Positions 39,956-52,093 of a stretch of 64,000 nt of DNA are shown in pieces. The DNA comes from an uncultured Eubacteriales bacterium. GTDB taxonomy: Bacteria > Bacillota > Clostridia > Oscillospirales > Oscillospiraceae. Position numbers and translations under genes: made by a program. The DNA is taken from NCBI GenBank assembly GCA_900546295.1, contig URCK01000001.1:5988-69987 (forward strand). Reading direction: 5' to 3'. Under the pieces are notes generated by a model, which was not told the origin of the DNA, made no database searches, and saw only the letters and a program-made list of their open reading frames with translations. Numbering within the stretch: position 1 is the stretch's first letter; every line of letters starts with the position of its first letter.

Positions 39956-40681
39956 TTAGGCCTGAGCCTCGCCCTCGGACTTCTCCTCGGTCTCTTCGCC
40001 CTGCTTGCCCTCGATCATGGCGTTGGCCATCACGGAGGAGATGAGCTTGATGGCGCGGATGGCGTCATCGTTGCCGGGGATGGGGTAGTCGATCTCGTCG
40101 GGATCGCAGTTGGTATCGGCGATGGCGACAACGGGGATGCCGAGCTTGTGCGCCTCAGCAATGGCGTTGCGCTCCTTGCGGGTATCGACGATGAAGAGTG
40201 CGCCGGGGAGCTTCTTCATTTCCTTCACGCCGCCGAGGTACTTCTCGAGCTTCTCGATCTCGGCGAGGTGCTTCATGACTTCCTTCTTGGGAAGCATATC
40301 GAAGGTGCCGTCAGCCTGCATGGTCTTGAGCTGGTTGAGACGGTCCACGCGGGTGCGCATGGTCTTGAAGTTGGTCATCATACCGCCGAGCCAGCGGGCG
40401 TTGACATAGTAGCCGCCGCAGCGGGAAGCCTCTTCCTTGATAGCCTCCTGCGCCTGCTTCTTGGTGCCGACGAAGAGGATGTTCTGGCCACTCTCGGAGA
40501 CGGAGCGAACGAAGTTGTAGGCTTCCTCGAGCTTCTTAACGGTCTTCTGCAGGTCGATGATGTAGATGCCGTTGCGCTCGGTGTAGATGTAGGGAGCCAT
40601 TTTGGGGTTCCAGCGGCGGGTCTGGTGGCCGAAGTGGACGCCTGCTTCGAGCAGGGCTTTCATGGATACAACGTTTGCCAT
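39956..40681 (-). CDS. rpsB: 30S ribosomal protein S2
   Basis: [19 protein letters not shown]. Confidence 0.98.
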   Translation of the reverse strand: MANVVSMKALLEAGVHFGHQTRRWNPKMAPYIYTERNGIYIIDLQKTVKKLEEAYNFVRSVSESGQNILFVGTKKQAQEAIKEEASRCGGYYVNARWLGGMMTNFKTMRTRVDRLNQLKTMQADGTFDMLPKKEVMKHLAEIEKLEKYLGGVKEMKKLPGALFIVDTRKERNAIAEAHKLGIPVVAIADTNCDPDEIDYPIPGNDDAIRAIKLISSVMANAMIEGKQGEETEEKSEGEAQA

Positions 40682-40689
40682 GGTGGATA

Positions 40690-40819
40690 GTTTCTCCTTT
40701 GAATTTAGTTTTTACCTCTGAAGCCTTCATCCCTCCTGCCAACCTGATGGCACAGACAAGAAGTCAGGACTCCATGCGGAATACCGGAGTATTATACCCG
40801 CAGCAAAAGAAAATTGCAA
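40690..40819 (-). promoter_or_regulatory. rpsB promoter and ~100 nt leader (possible S2 autoregulatory element)
   Basis: TTGCAA-N17-TATAAT; leader with possible CTTCTTGTC/GGCAGGAG pairing. Confidence 0.5.
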
Positions 40820-40985
40820 GCATTTTTTTGATCACCAGCTTCTTTTTCTGTTCTTTCCGTGATTTTCCCGCTTCTGCATCGAAAAAAAGCGTATTTTCTA
40901 AATTTTCCTCTTGCAAATGCGATGAATATCCATATAATATATTAGGTCTGAAATTTTGGCGTCCCCGTTTTTCGCCGCCGACACA

Positions 40986-41273
40986 CTAAAATCGGCGGCG
41001 TGCACGGCGTTCCCGGCGCGGCGGCTCCTGCCGCGGGAAGGGCTTGTCGATCAGGATGATGTCGTCCCCGACCTGCTTGATGCACTCCCACGGGATGTAA
41101 TATTCCTCACCCCGGCCGAAGAGCCCGAAAAAGCGAAGCGGCCCCGGCACGATCAAGGCAGTCAACTGTCCGTCGGGCAGTTTGCATTCTATGTCGCCCA
41201 CATAGCCAAGGCGGCAGCCGTCGCAGATGTTGATCACTTCCTTGCAGCGGAAGTCGGCAAAGCGGCAGTTCAC
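40986..41273 (-). CDS. YlmC/YmxH family PRC-barrel sporulation protein
   Basis: KEVINICDG.RLG, IPWECIKQVGDDIILI. Confidence 0.9.
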   Translation of the reverse strand: MNCRFADFRCKEVINICDGCRLGYVGDIECKLPDGQLTALIVPGPLRFFGLFGRGEEYYIPWECIKQVGDDIILIDKPFPRQEPPRRERRARRRF

Positions 41274-41413
41274 GCGCGTCCCCTCCTGTTCCCTTCATCC
41301 TATTCCGGGAACAGGACGTCCTATCCCTTTCCCCGCACCGCATTTCCCTTTTTCGTTCCCTCCGGGCTATGCCGGAGGGAAAAATCATCTACTGACGGAG
41401 GTTTCCACACAAC

Positions 41414-42607
41414 ATGACAGAGATCCAGCTCAATATGTACCACGCTTTGGCCCTGGGCGCCGCAATGTATGCGCTCGGCCTGGTGCTGACGAAGAAGATC
41501 CCCGTGCTCAGCCGCTTCTGCATCCCCGCTCCCCTGATCGGCGGCCTTTGCTTCGCGATCTTCAACACCATCCTTTACGCCACCGGTACGGCAGTCATCA
41601 CCTTCGACGACACGCTGCAGACCGTCTTCATGATCATGTTCTTCACGACCGTTGGCTTCACCGTGAGCATCCCGCTGCTGCTCAAGAGCGGCAAGGCCGT
41701 CATCATGCTCCTTATTCTAAGTATCGTGATGATCATTTTGCAGAATGTGGTCGGCAGCGGCGTGATGGCCCTCATGGGCAAGGACCCTCTCTTCGGTCTT
41801 GCCTGCGGCTCCATCTCGATGATCGGCGGCCCCGGCACCGCGGCGGGCATCGGCCCCGACCTTGACGCCGCCGGCGCCATCGGCGGAACGACGGTCGCCG
41901 TCGCGGCCGCGACCTTCGGCCTCATCTTCGGCTCGCTCCTCGGCGGCCCGATCGCGCGCAAGCTCATCGTCAAGAACCATCTGCGTGACGAGCTCGTCGA
42001 GCAGGTCAAGGAAGAGGACGCCGACGACGCGCATTTCACCACCCACTCCAACAACTTTGTCTACGGCTTCCTGCTGCTCGTGTTCTGCGTCGGCGTCGGC
42101 AACTTCGTCAGCGTCTGGCTTACAAAGGTCTGCGGTTTCAGCTTCCCGATCTACATCGGCTCGATGCTCGTGGCCGTCGCCGTGCGCAACGTGATCGACC
42201 ACTTCAAGATCATGGAGTTCCCCACCGCCGAGATCAGCACGATGGGCAATATGTTCCTCGCCATCTTCCTCTCCATGGCGCTCTCCGGTCTCAAGCTCTG
42301 GCAGCTCATCGACCTTGCGCTGCCGATGATCGTCGCCCTCGCCGCCGAGGTGCTGCTGATGGTCGTCTTCTCTCTGCTGGTCGTCTTCCCGGTCATGGGC
42401 CGCAATTACGACGCCGCGATGATCACCGCCGGCTTCATCGGCTTCGGCATGGGCGCCACGTCCAACGCCATGGCCAACATGCAGGCCGTCTCCCGCCGCT
42501 ACGGTCCCTCCCCCTCGGCTTACTTCGTCATCCCGATGGTCGGCGGCCTCTTCAACGACTTCTTCAACGCCGCGATCATCGCCTTTGCCATCGGCCTTCT
42601 CGCCTGA
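41414..42607 (+). CDS. gltS: Sodium/glutamate symporter family transporter
   Basis: IPAPLIGG, GGPGTAA, AAATFGL, GFGMGATSNAMANM. Confidence 0.88.
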   Translation: MTEIQLNMYHALALGAAMYALGLVLTKKIPVLSRFCIPAPLIGGLCFAIFNTILYATGTAVITFDDTLQTVFMIMFFTTVGFTVSIPLLLKSGKAVIMLLILSIVMIILQNVVGSGVMALMGKDPLFGLACGSISMIGGPGTAAGIGPDLDAAGAIGGTTVAVAAATFGLIFGSLLGGPIARKLIVKNHLRDELVEQVKEEDADDAHFTTHSNNFVYGFLLLVFCVGVGNFVSVWLTKVCGFSFPIYIGSMLVAVAVRNVIDHFKIMEFPTAEISTMGNMFLAIFLSMALSGLKLWQLIDLALPMIVALAAEVLLMVVFSLLVVFPVMGRNYDAAMITAGFIGFGMGATSNAMANMQAVSRRYGPSPSAYFVIPMVGGLFNDFFNAAIIAFAIGLLA

Positions 42608-42676
42608 GAACCTGATGAGCGCGCGAAGTCCATCGTACTTCGCCGAACGATAAAAAATATCCCCGTCTCCCCCACG

Positions 42677-42706
42677 GTATGTTTCCGCCGCGCGCGGACA
42701 TACTGA
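42677..42706 (+). promoter_or_regulatory. Putative sigma-F/sigma-G promoter of sigG
   Basis: GTATG-N14-GGACATACTG. Confidence 0.55.
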
Positions 42707-42741
42707 ATGCAGGCTGCTTGCAAGGGAGGCGGGGTACTTTT

Positions 42742-43512
42742 ATGCTCGGCAAGGTGGAGATTTGCGGCGTGAACACGGCAAAGCTGCCGACGCTCACCGC
42801 CGCGGAGACAGACGCGCTGCTGCGCAGGGCGAAGAATGGCGACAGCGCGGCGCGCGAAAGGCTCGTGGAGGGCAACCTCCGGCTGGTGCTCTCGGTCCTG
42901 CAGCGCTTTTCGGGGCGCGGTGAGAACGCCGACGACCTCTTTCAGGTCGGCTGCGTGGGGCTTTTGAAGGCGATCGACAACTTTGATATTTCGCAGAACG
43001 TCCGCTTTTCCACCTACGGCGTGCCGATGATCATCGGCGAGATCCGGCGGTATCTGCGCGACAACAGCGCCATCCGCGTCAGCCGCTCGATGCGCGACAC
43101 CGCCTACCGTGTCTTACAGGCGCGCGAAAAGCTCCAGCGCGAGCAGCAGCGTGAGCCAACGGTCGAGCAGATCGCGCGCGAGCTTGACATCCCGCGCGAA
43201 GAGGTCGTCTTCGCCATGGACGCCGTCTGCGACCCCGTGTCGCTCTTCGAGCCCATCTATTCCGACAGCGGCGACGCTGTGTGCGTCATGGATCAGGTGC
43301 GCGACAGCCGCAACACCGATGAGGACTGGCTTGAGCAGATCGCGCTCAAGGAGGCGATGAGCCGCCTGAGCGCGCGCGAGCGGCTCATCCTCGCTCTGCG
43401 CTACTCCGACGGCAAAACGCAGATGGAGGTCTCCGGTGAGATCGGCATCTCGCAGGCGCAGGTCTCCCGCCTTGAGAAAAACGCCATCAAAAGCATCAAA
43501 AAGAATATGTAA
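42742..43512 (+). CDS. sigG: Forespore sigma factor G
   Basis: KVEICGVNTAKLP N-terminus, DDLFQVGCVGL, GKTQMEVSGEIGISQAQVSRLEK. Confidence 0.95.
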   Translation: MLGKVEICGVNTAKLPTLTAAETDALLRRAKNGDSAARERLVEGNLRLVLSVLQRFSGRGENADDLFQVGCVGLLKAIDNFDISQNVRFSTYGVPMIIGEIRRYLRDNSAIRVSRSMRDTAYRVLQAREKLQREQQREPTVEQIARELDIPREEVVFAMDAVCDPVSLFEPIYSDSGDAVCVMDQVRDSRNTDEDWLEQIALKEAMSRLSARERLILALRYSDGKTQMEVSGEIGISQAQVSRLEKNAIKSIKKNM

Positions 43513-43649
43513 GCGCGGCAGGACGGATTTTTCCGTCCTTTTTTCTCGTTTTTTCTTGACTTTGACCGCTGCTTTACTATAATATAATGTGCATTTTTGT
43601 GCCGGTGGACATTTCCTCCGGCGAATCCGGAACAAGGGAGGACCCTTCC

Positions 43650-45020
43650 ATGAATTATGACGTGATCATCATCGGCGCAGGCCCCGGCGGCATCTTCTCC
43701 GCCTACGAGCTGATGAAAGAGCGCAGCGATCTGCGCGTTGCCGTGTTCGAAGCCGGCCACAGCCTTGAAAAGCGCCGCTGCCCCATCGACGGCGACAAGG
43801 TCAAGTCCTGCATCCGCTGCAAGAGCTGCTCGATCATGAGCGGATTCGGCGGCGCGGGCGCGTTTTCCGACGGCAAATATAACATCACCAACGACTTTGG
43901 CGGTACGCTGCACGAGTACATCGGCAAAAAACAGGCGCTCGAGCTCATGCACTACGTTGACGAGATCAACATGGCCTATGGCGGCGAGGGCACGAAGCTC
44001 TACTCCACCGCCGGCACCCGCTTCAAAAAGCTCTGCATCCAGAACAAGCTCAACCTGCTCGACGCCTCCGTGCGCCACCTCGGCACGGACGTGAATCTCG
44101 TCGTGCTCTCAAACCTCTACGCCTTGCTCAAGGACAAGGTCGACTTCTACTTTGACTCCCCCGTTACCACCATTGCCCGCGAAGAGGACGGCTACTGCGT
44201 CACGGTCGGCGAGGAGGACTATCGCTGCAAAAAGTGCATCGTCTCCGTCGGGCGCGTGGGCAGCAAGTGGATGGAGGGCGTGTGCCGGGAGCTGAACATC
44301 CCCACCAAGTCGAACCGCGTCGACATCGGCGTGCGCGTTGAGCTGCCCGCCGTCGTCTTCTCCCACCTCACCGACGAGCTCTATGAGAGCAAGATCGTCT
44401 ACCGCACGGAAAAGTTCGAGGATAACGTGCGCACCTTCTGCATGAATCCCAACGGCATCGTCGTCAACGAGAACACGAACGGTATCGTCACGGTCAACGG
44501 CCACAGCTACGAGGACAAGGCCCTCCAGACCGACAACACAAACTTCGCCCTGCTCGTCGCCAAGCACTTCTCCGAGCCGTTCAAGGATTCCAACGGCTAC
44601 GGCGAGTCCATCGCCCGCCTCTCCAACATGCTCGGCGGCGGCGTTATCGTCCAGCGCTTCGGCGACCTTGTCCGCGGCCGCCGCAGCACGGTCAAGCGCA
44701 TTGAAGAGGGTCTTGTCACGCCGACGCTCGCGGCAACGCCGGGCGATCTGAGCCTCGTGCTGCCCAAGCGCATTTTGGATGGCATCATCGAGATGATCTA
44801 CGCGCTCGACAAGATCGCGCCGGGCACGGCGAACGACGATACGCTGCTCTACGGCGTGGAGGTCAAGTTCTATAACATGGAGGTCGCGCTCGACGAGCAC
44901 CTCGAAACGCCGTACAAGGGGCTTTATGTCATTGGTGACGGCAGCGGCATCACCCATTCTCTCTCGCACGCGTCCGCGAGCGGCGTTTATGTTGCCAGAG
45001 AGATTCTGGAAAACATCTAA
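43650..45020 (+). CDS. NAD(P)/FAD-dependent oxidoreductase, uncharacterised family
   Basis: IIGAGPGG, GGAGAFSDGK, VRTFCMNP, GDGSG. Confidence 0.85.
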   Translation: MNYDVIIIGAGPGGIFSAYELMKERSDLRVAVFEAGHSLEKRRCPIDGDKVKSCIRCKSCSIMSGFGGAGAFSDGKYNITNDFGGTLHEYIGKKQALELMHYVDEINMAYGGEGTKLYSTAGTRFKKLCIQNKLNLLDASVRHLGTDVNLVVLSNLYALLKDKVDFYFDSPVTTIAREEDGYCVTVGEEDYRCKKCIVSVGRVGSKWMEGVCRELNIPTKSNRVDIGVRVELPAVVFSHLTDELYESKIVYRTEKFEDNVRTFCMNPNGIVVNENTNGIVTVNGHSYEDKALQTDNTNFALLVAKHFSEPFKDSNGYGESIARLSNMLGGGVIVQRFGDLVRGRRSTVKRIEEGLVTPTLAATPGDLSLVLPKRILDGIIEMIYALDKIAPGTANDDTLLYGVEVKFYNMEVALDEHLETPYKGLYVIGDGSGITHSLSHASASGVYVAREILENI

Positions 45021-45045
45021 TTTTTCTGCTGCGCAGAAGTTGGTA

Positions 45046-45375
45046 ATCCTCCTGCATTGATGCAGGGGATGCGGATAAAGGGAGGGGTATCTCTTTTTGA
45101 AAAAGAGATACCCCTCCCTTACACCCACCCAGAGAAAATTTACATTGTGGGGCTGTAGCTCGAAGGACTGCACGCGCTGCGCAGTGGAGGTGCGGTGTAC
45201 GTGGCTGCGCCACGGGTCTTCTGCGAGTCGTTACCGGCAGCAACCGCGCCCTACTCCGTGGGGCGCGAGTGACGTTTCCTCGGCGGCGGACTGCGGTGCG
45301 GGCGGCGGCATTGCTTCGCTCGCCGCCTTTTGGCGGGTGATGCGCGGACGGGGCGGCATTGCTTCGCTCGCCGCC
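45046..45375 (-). repeat. Structured dispersed element, copy A
   Basis: Reverse-complement homolog of 52425-52675 and 45920-46187; perfect 21-bp IR at 45078-45120; head hairpin duplicated (45304-45327, 45352-45375). Confidence 0.85.
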
Positions 45376-45412
45376 GAAAAAGCAAAAAGCCACCGATCAA
45401 CGTCGGCGGCTT

Positions 45413-45613
45413 TCAGATAAATTCAATAATATCGTTTGGGGTGCAGTCAATCAGCTTGCAGAGCTTTTCAAGTGTCAGCACCGTGATGTTCTTTCCCTTT
45501 TTCAGCGAATCCAAGGTCTTATTGTCAAGCCCATTTTGCAGCAGATAATACTGCGAAATACCTTTTTCCTGCAACGTCTTCCACAAAGGCTCGTAACTGA
45601 TGATTGCCCTCAC
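45413..45613 (-). CDS. Cro/C1-type HTH regulator (66 aa; start uncertain)
   Basis: ISYEPLWKTL..ISQYYL..TLEKLCKLIDCTPNDIIEF. Confidence 0.85.
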   Translation of the reverse strand: MRAIISYEPLWKTLQEKGISQYYLLQNGLDNKTLDSLKKGKNITVLTLEKLCKLIDCTPNDIIEFI

Positions 45614-45658
45614 CCCACTTTCTTACGAGCCTATTATATGGAGTCGGACGAAAAACAA

Positions 45659-45682
45659 ATATTGTGTATATCTCCACAATAT
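45659..45682. promoter_or_regulatory. Palindromic operator candidate between the divergent HTH gene and small ORF
   Basis: ATATTGTG-N8-CACAATAT. Confidence 0.55.
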
Positions 45683-45711
45683 GATAAACTACCGTCAAGG
45701 AGGGATGCACA

Positions 45712-45906
45712 ATGACAACTTACAAAAGCCTTTATCACCTGATGGTACGCTCCATGAGCGAAGCCATTGACCTTTACGATGCCGGCAAAGGTATTCTCGC
45801 CCGCGAAGTCATGCAAAAAGCCCTGCTGGAAGCGGAAGAGCAGGTCATCGCACATGACATCATCCCCGACGAGCCTATCGGCAGTACCGATTCAGCAGAA
45901 AACTAA
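45712..45906 (+). CDS. 64-aa helical hypothetical protein
   Basis: RBS AAGGAGG; MTTYKSLYHLMVRSMSEAIDLY..AREVMQKALLEAEE. Confidence 0.75.
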   Translation: MTTYKSLYHLMVRSMSEAIDLYDAGKGILAREVMQKALLEAEEQVIAHDIIPDEPIGSTDSAEN

Positions 45907-45919
45907 AAAAATCCCCAGC

Positions 45920-46335
45920 GCGGCGAGCGCAGCAATGCCGCCGCCCGCAGGCAGTCTGCCGCCGTGGGAACGTCACACGCGCGCTACGGAGTGCGCGCGG
46001 TTGATACCGGTAACGAAACGCAGAAGATTCATGGCGAAGCCATGTACACCGCACTTACATTCCGCAGGCTGCGCAGCTCTTCGAGCCAAAGACTGCCAAT
46101 GTGCAGGGTCGAGGGGGAAGGCCCCTCGTCTTTCTCTCGGGGGATTTAAAGGGGGATACTCTCTTCGAAAAGAGAGTATCCCCCTTTGTCCGGCAGTGGC
46201 GCTCAGCGCCGCACTATGCATACAGCGCAGCGCGCTGCAACCTCCCATCCCCCGCAAAGGGGGGAATCAAAAGGGATACCCTCTTCGAAAAGAGAGTATC
46301 CCCCTTTGATTTCCGTTCCCTGCACCGGTGCAGGA

Positions 46336-46338
<3 letters not shown>
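45920..46338 (+). repeat. Structured dispersed element, copy B (tail hairpin duplicated)
   Basis: Shares GCGGCGAGCG(C/A)AGCAATGCCGCC, GGTAACGAAACGCAGAAGA and TACACCGCAC with copies A/C; GATAC.CTCTTCGAAAAGAGAGTATC hairpin at ~46148-46187 and ~46269-46307. Confidence 0.85.
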
Positions 46339-48069
<1,731 letters not shown>

Positions 48070-48198
48070 GTCCTTCATTCCTTTCTTGTAGTCTGCTGCT
48101 TGGCAGACAAAATAATGATAAATTATACCGCGCTTTGCCGCGCAATGCAAGCAAAATATGCCAAGGCGCCCCATCCCGCCGGCGGGGCGTGTTGGCGC

Positions 48199-48780
48199 TT
48201 ATGAAAAAAGCTCTTCCAGTTCTTCCCTGCTCATCAGGAGGTTGAGCACCTCCGTAAGTGCGTTAGCGCTCAGATGCTCGGGAAGCTCCAGCCTTTTGCA
48301 CAGTGCCTTGCGCTTTGCGACGCTCTCCGGGCCGATCAGGCCGAGGTCGTAGAGGTCTGCTTTTGTGATGGAATTTCCCTTTACAGTGCTTTTTTCATCG
48401 ATGGTCGCGCCCGCGCGGCGCAGGGCGTCGAGCAAGATCTCCGGCTTCATGCCCTCAACACCGAGCTTGCCCTCTTTTCCGCCCTTGCGCTTGCGCTTTT
48501 CCTTGCCGTAGATGTCCGGCACGTAGGCTTGCAGCACGCGCCCCTCGGAGATATTGCCCTTGACGCGGTTGCGGATGACAAAGCCCGCGCCGTCGGGGTC
48601 GGTGAAGAGGATGATGCCCCGCTCCCTGGCGAGCTTTCGTAAAAACGCCTGCTTTTCCTTATCGTTGAAGACGGCAAAGCCGCCAAGCTCCACGATGACC
48701 GCGTCCACGACCTGCGAGAGCGTATTTTTGTCGTACCGTCCCTCGACGACGATGACTTCCCTTACCTTCGGTTTTGCCAT
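48199..48780 (-). CDS. rnmV: Ribonuclease M5 (TOPRIM + DUF4093)
   Basis: VIVVEGRYD, FTDPDGAG..IR, LGVEG. Confidence 0.85.
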   Translation of the reverse strand: MAKPKVREVIVVEGRYDKNTLSQVVDAVIVELGGFAVFNDKEKQAFLRKLARERGIILFTDPDGAGFVIRNRVKGNISEGRVLQAYVPDIYGKEKRKRKGGKEGKLGVEGMKPEILLDALRRAGATIDEKSTVKGNSITKADLYDLGLIGPESVAKRKALCKRLELPEHLSANALTEVLNLLMSREELEELFS

Positions 48781-48784
48781 TTTC

Positions 48785-49828
48785 TCACTTCCCCTGTGCA
48801 AGGCGCATCAGCAGTAACTTAAGCTCGCCCTCGTTGTCGATGCCCTTTTCGCTCTTCATGCGCCGGTCGAGCTGCTGGCACATGAGAAGGCTCCTGCTGC
48901 ACCACTCGCTCGTCGTCTTGCGCGCCGCCTCCATCAAAAGCCGCGCGGGGTAGTCCGAGCGCATCCCCCACAGCTCCATAAGCCAAAGCTTATCCTTGCC
49001 GTTGTCGAGCGCGATGCGCGCGGTGTAGATGCGCCGCAGCTCCTTGCTGATGACCGCGAGGATGACGAACGGCTCCTCCTGCTTTTTGAGAAGCTGACCC
49101 AGAAGCTCGGACGCGCGCTTGTAATTTCCCTTCGTGATGGCGTTCGTCATGTCGAACACCACCGCGTCGAGCACGGGGTCCGCCACGGCGTTGATGTCGT
49201 CGACCGTGATGTTCTTTCCCTTGGCGTAAGCGCCGATCTTCTCGATCTCGGGCACAAGTCCGGTCATCAGCGCGCCACAGGTGAAGATCAGATGCTCCGC
49301 CGTCTGCGCGTCGATGCCCTTTCCCAGCGCGCGGAAGCGGCGGCCGATCCAGTTGATGAGGTCGCTGCGCTCCTGCGCCTCGAACTTGACGCTCTGCGCG
49401 ATCTTGTCGAGCGCCGCGCAAAGCTTTTTGTAGGTCTTGTTTGGCTTATATTCGACAAGGTCGTACACGAACACGAGGCAGCAGTACGGCGGAAAATCGC
49501 TGAGCAGCGCGATGAGCGCCGTGCGCTGGTCCTCGGAGAGCTTGAAGAGGTCGCAGTCCGTCACCACGACGAGCGTGCGCTCGGCCATCATCGGCATCGC
49601 CTCGACCGCTTCGGAAAGTTCCTGCATCGTGAGCGTCTTGCCGCTCAGGCGGTGGTAATTGAACTCCTCAAAGCCCGCCGGAACGAGTTTTTTCCAAATT
49701 TCGCCGAGGTAGTATTCGCGCAGGTAGCTTTCCTCGCCGTGAAAGATATAGACCTGGCCGATCTCTCCCGCGTTCAGGTCGCTTTTTAATTTCTGGTAGC
49801 CCTTGTTGGGCGTTTTTCTCTCTGCCAT
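48785..49828 (-). CDS. holA: DNA polymerase III delta subunit
   Basis: YIFHGEESYL, PMMAERTLVVV; directly after comEC. Confidence 0.9.
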   Translation of the reverse strand: MAERKTPNKGYQKLKSDLNAGEIGQVYIFHGEESYLREYYLGEIWKKLVPAGFEEFNYHRLSGKTLTMQELSEAVEAMPMMAERTLVVVTDCDLFKLSEDQRTALIALLSDFPPYCCLVFVYDLVEYKPNKTYKKLCAALDKIAQSVKFEAQERSDLINWIGRRFRALGKGIDAQTAEHLIFTCGALMTGLVPEIEKIGAYAKGKNITVDDINAVADPVLDAVVFDMTNAITKGNYKRASELLGQLLKKQEEPFVILAVISKELRRIYTARIALDNGKDKLWLMELWGMRSDYPARLLMEAARKTTSEWCSRSLLMCQQLDRRMKSEKGIDNEGELKLLLMRLAQGK

Positions 49829-49837
49829 GTAGTCCTC

Positions 49838-52093
49838 TCAGTTCACTGTGATCAAAATATTGCCTTGCATATCCGTGCGGTACACGCTCATGCCCGCATC
49901 TGTCAGGCGCAGCAGCGCCTCCTCGGTCGGGTGTCCGTAGCTGTTGTCGCCCACGCTGATGACGCCGACCTCCGGTGTCACGGATTCGAGCAGCGTTGTG
50001 CCGGTGGAGTACTTTGAGCCGTGATGCCCGACGAGCAGCACCTCGATATCCGGAAGGTCATAGGTCTCGACGAGCTTCGTCTCGGTTTTCGCGTCCATAT
50101 CGCCGGTGATGAGCGTGTCGAAGTCGCCGAGCGAGCACAGGATGGTGAGCCCCAGCTCGTTCGCACCCTCCTCGCCCACCGGCGGATAGATGTTCATCGT
50201 CGATGAGCCGTTTTTGATCTCCGTCACCTCAGTGACATAATGGATCTCCACACCGTAGCGCTCGGCAAGCGCTTCGACCCCGGCGCGGTCTCCCTCGCCC
50301 GCGTCAATGTCGGCAAGGTAGATGGTCGATGCGCTCATGCGTGCAAAGAGCGCGGCAAGGCCGTTGGCGTGATCCTCGTGATAGTGCGTCAGCACCACGC
50401 TGTCGAGCGTCGCGCCCGCGGAGCGCAGATAGTCCGCCGCGATGGCGCCGGCGTCGATATAGGAATTTTTGCTGCCGCAGTCCACGAGCGCCGCATGGCC
50501 CTCGGAAATGAGCAGCACACTCTCCCCCTGCCCCACGTCGAGCGCGACGACATTGAGCCCTCCGCGCTCATAGTGCAGCGCGTTGACCCTCGCCGCGGCG
50601 AAGAGCGACAGGGCGGCAAGCCCCACTGCCGCAAAGTAGCGGTACTTCCCGCGCTTTGCCAGCGCGCAGGTGATGAAGATCGCGTACACGTACGCAAGCC
50701 ATGCGACGGAAAACGCGGTGTTGAAATAGATGGCGTGGAACGGAAGCTCCTCCAAAAGTCCTGCGATGGCAAGCACCGCGCGAATGCCGAGCGCCGGCAG
50801 AAGCGCGCAGGCCGCGCCGAGCTGCGGCACAGCCGCCGCGACGATCACCGAAAGAAGTCCCAGCGCGAACACGATGCTCACGAGCCACAGGCAAAGTAAG
50901 TTGCTCAAAAGCGACACGATGGAAAGCGTGCCGAAATAGTAGCAGGCAAGGGGCGTTGAAAACGCCATCGCGCCGAGCGTCGTCGAAAACGACAGCATCG
51001 CCGCGCGCAGGAGCTTGTGCTTCCCGCGCGCAAGGGCGACAAGCTTCGGCGTGAGGAAAATGATGCCCGCCACGGCGGAAAACGAAAGCTGCAAGCTGAT
51101 GCTCGCGATGGCAAAGGGATTTTTAAGCAGAATGAGCAGCAGTGCAAACGAGATCGACGTCGGCGGGTCGTTGTCGCGCCCCAGAAGCGGCGCGATCATG
51201 CCCATCGAGATCATGATGCACGCGCGCAGGATGCTCGGCGTCAGCCCCGTGACAAAGGCATAGAGGAAAAGGAGCGGGATGGTCACGGCGCAGCGGAGTT
51301 TTCGCTGCCTGCCGCCCATGAGCGCGCCGATCAGCGACGCCAAAAAGCAGCAGTGCAGACCCGAGACCGCCATCACGTGAGAAAGCCCCACCTCGGCTAA
51401 GTTGCTCGCGTCCTCTTCGTCGAGATATTTCTTATCCCCCAGCAGCAGCGCCCGCAAAAACGCGCCCTCGCGCTCGCCGTAGCTTTGCTCGATGGTCTCG
51501 CCGAGTTTCCTTGCGATGCGCTGCGGCAGATACCGCATCGCGCCCGCGTTCGCCTCGTCATACGAAGGCTCGCCGCGCTGATAGAGCAGGATATAGACGC
51601 CCTTGGCCGTGAAGTTTCGAAGGTGCAGCCCCTTCCCCGTCGGGTCGGTCGCGCTGTTGAAGAGCGCCTCCGCTGTCACATGCGCGCCGGGCGCGAGGTC
51701 CAAAAGCTCCGCGTCTCCGTAGTAGATGGCGCGTCCAGACAGACCGCGGTCCATGATCTTCACCGTGACCTTCGCGCCGTGGCTCGTCTCCTCGGCATAG
51801 CCCAAAAGCTCGACCTCGACCGTGTCCTGCGTGCCGAGCAGCGCGTCGTTCGGCGCTTTGATAAAATGCGCATAAAGCGTGTTGTACCCGAACGCAAAGC
51901 ATAAGCCCAGTGCGCACAAAAAGGCGCGCTTCGCCCACGCCCCGCGTTTTACCGCGCAGCCGCAAAACCCCATGATGAGCGCCGCCGACGCAAAAACGCC
52001 GCACAAGATGAGCGCCCATTGCGCGGGCAACAGATACTGCGCGAGCGCAACACCGAATGCGAACGCCGCGCAGAAGATCGCCAGTACCCTCAT
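49838..52093 (-). CDS. comEC: DNA uptake competence protein ComEC/Rec2
   Basis: HVMAVSGLH, SLQLSF, DVGQG, THYHEDH, GHHGS, NSYGHP, RTDMQG; ATG overlaps the upstream HTH stop (ATGA). Confidence 0.93.
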   Translation of the reverse strand: MRVLAIFCAAFAFGVALAQYLLPAQWALILCGVFASAALIMGFCGCAVKRGAWAKRAFLCALGLCFAFGYNTLYAHFIKAPNDALLGTQDTVEVELLGYAEETSHGAKVTVKIMDRGLSGRAIYYGDAELLDLAPGAHVTAEALFNSATDPTGKGLHLRNFTAKGVYILLYQRGEPSYDEANAGAMRYLPQRIARKLGETIEQSYGEREGAFLRALLLGDKKYLDEEDASNLAEVGLSHVMAVSGLHCCFLASLIGALMGGRQRKLRCAVTIPLLFLYAFVTGLTPSILRACIMISMGMIAPLLGRDNDPPTSISFALLLILLKNPFAIASISLQLSFSAVAGIIFLTPKLVALARGKHKLLRAAMLSFSTTLGAMAFSTPLACYYFGTLSIVSLLSNLLCLWLVSIVFALGLLSVIVAAAVPQLGAACALLPALGIRAVLAIAGLLEELPFHAIYFNTAFSVAWLAYVYAIFITCALAKRGKYRYFAAVGLAALSLFAAARVNALHYERGGLNVVALDVGQGESVLLISEGHAALVDCGSKNSYIDAGAIAADYLRSAGATLDSVVLTHYHEDHANGLAALFARMSASTIYLADIDAGEGDRAGVEALAERYGVEIHYVTEVTEIKNGSSTMNIYPPVGEEGANELGLTILCSLGDFDTLITGDMDAKTETKLVETYDLPDIEVLLVGHHGSKYSTGTTLLESVTPEVGVISVGDNSYGHPTEEALLRLTDAGMSVYRTDMQGNILITVN

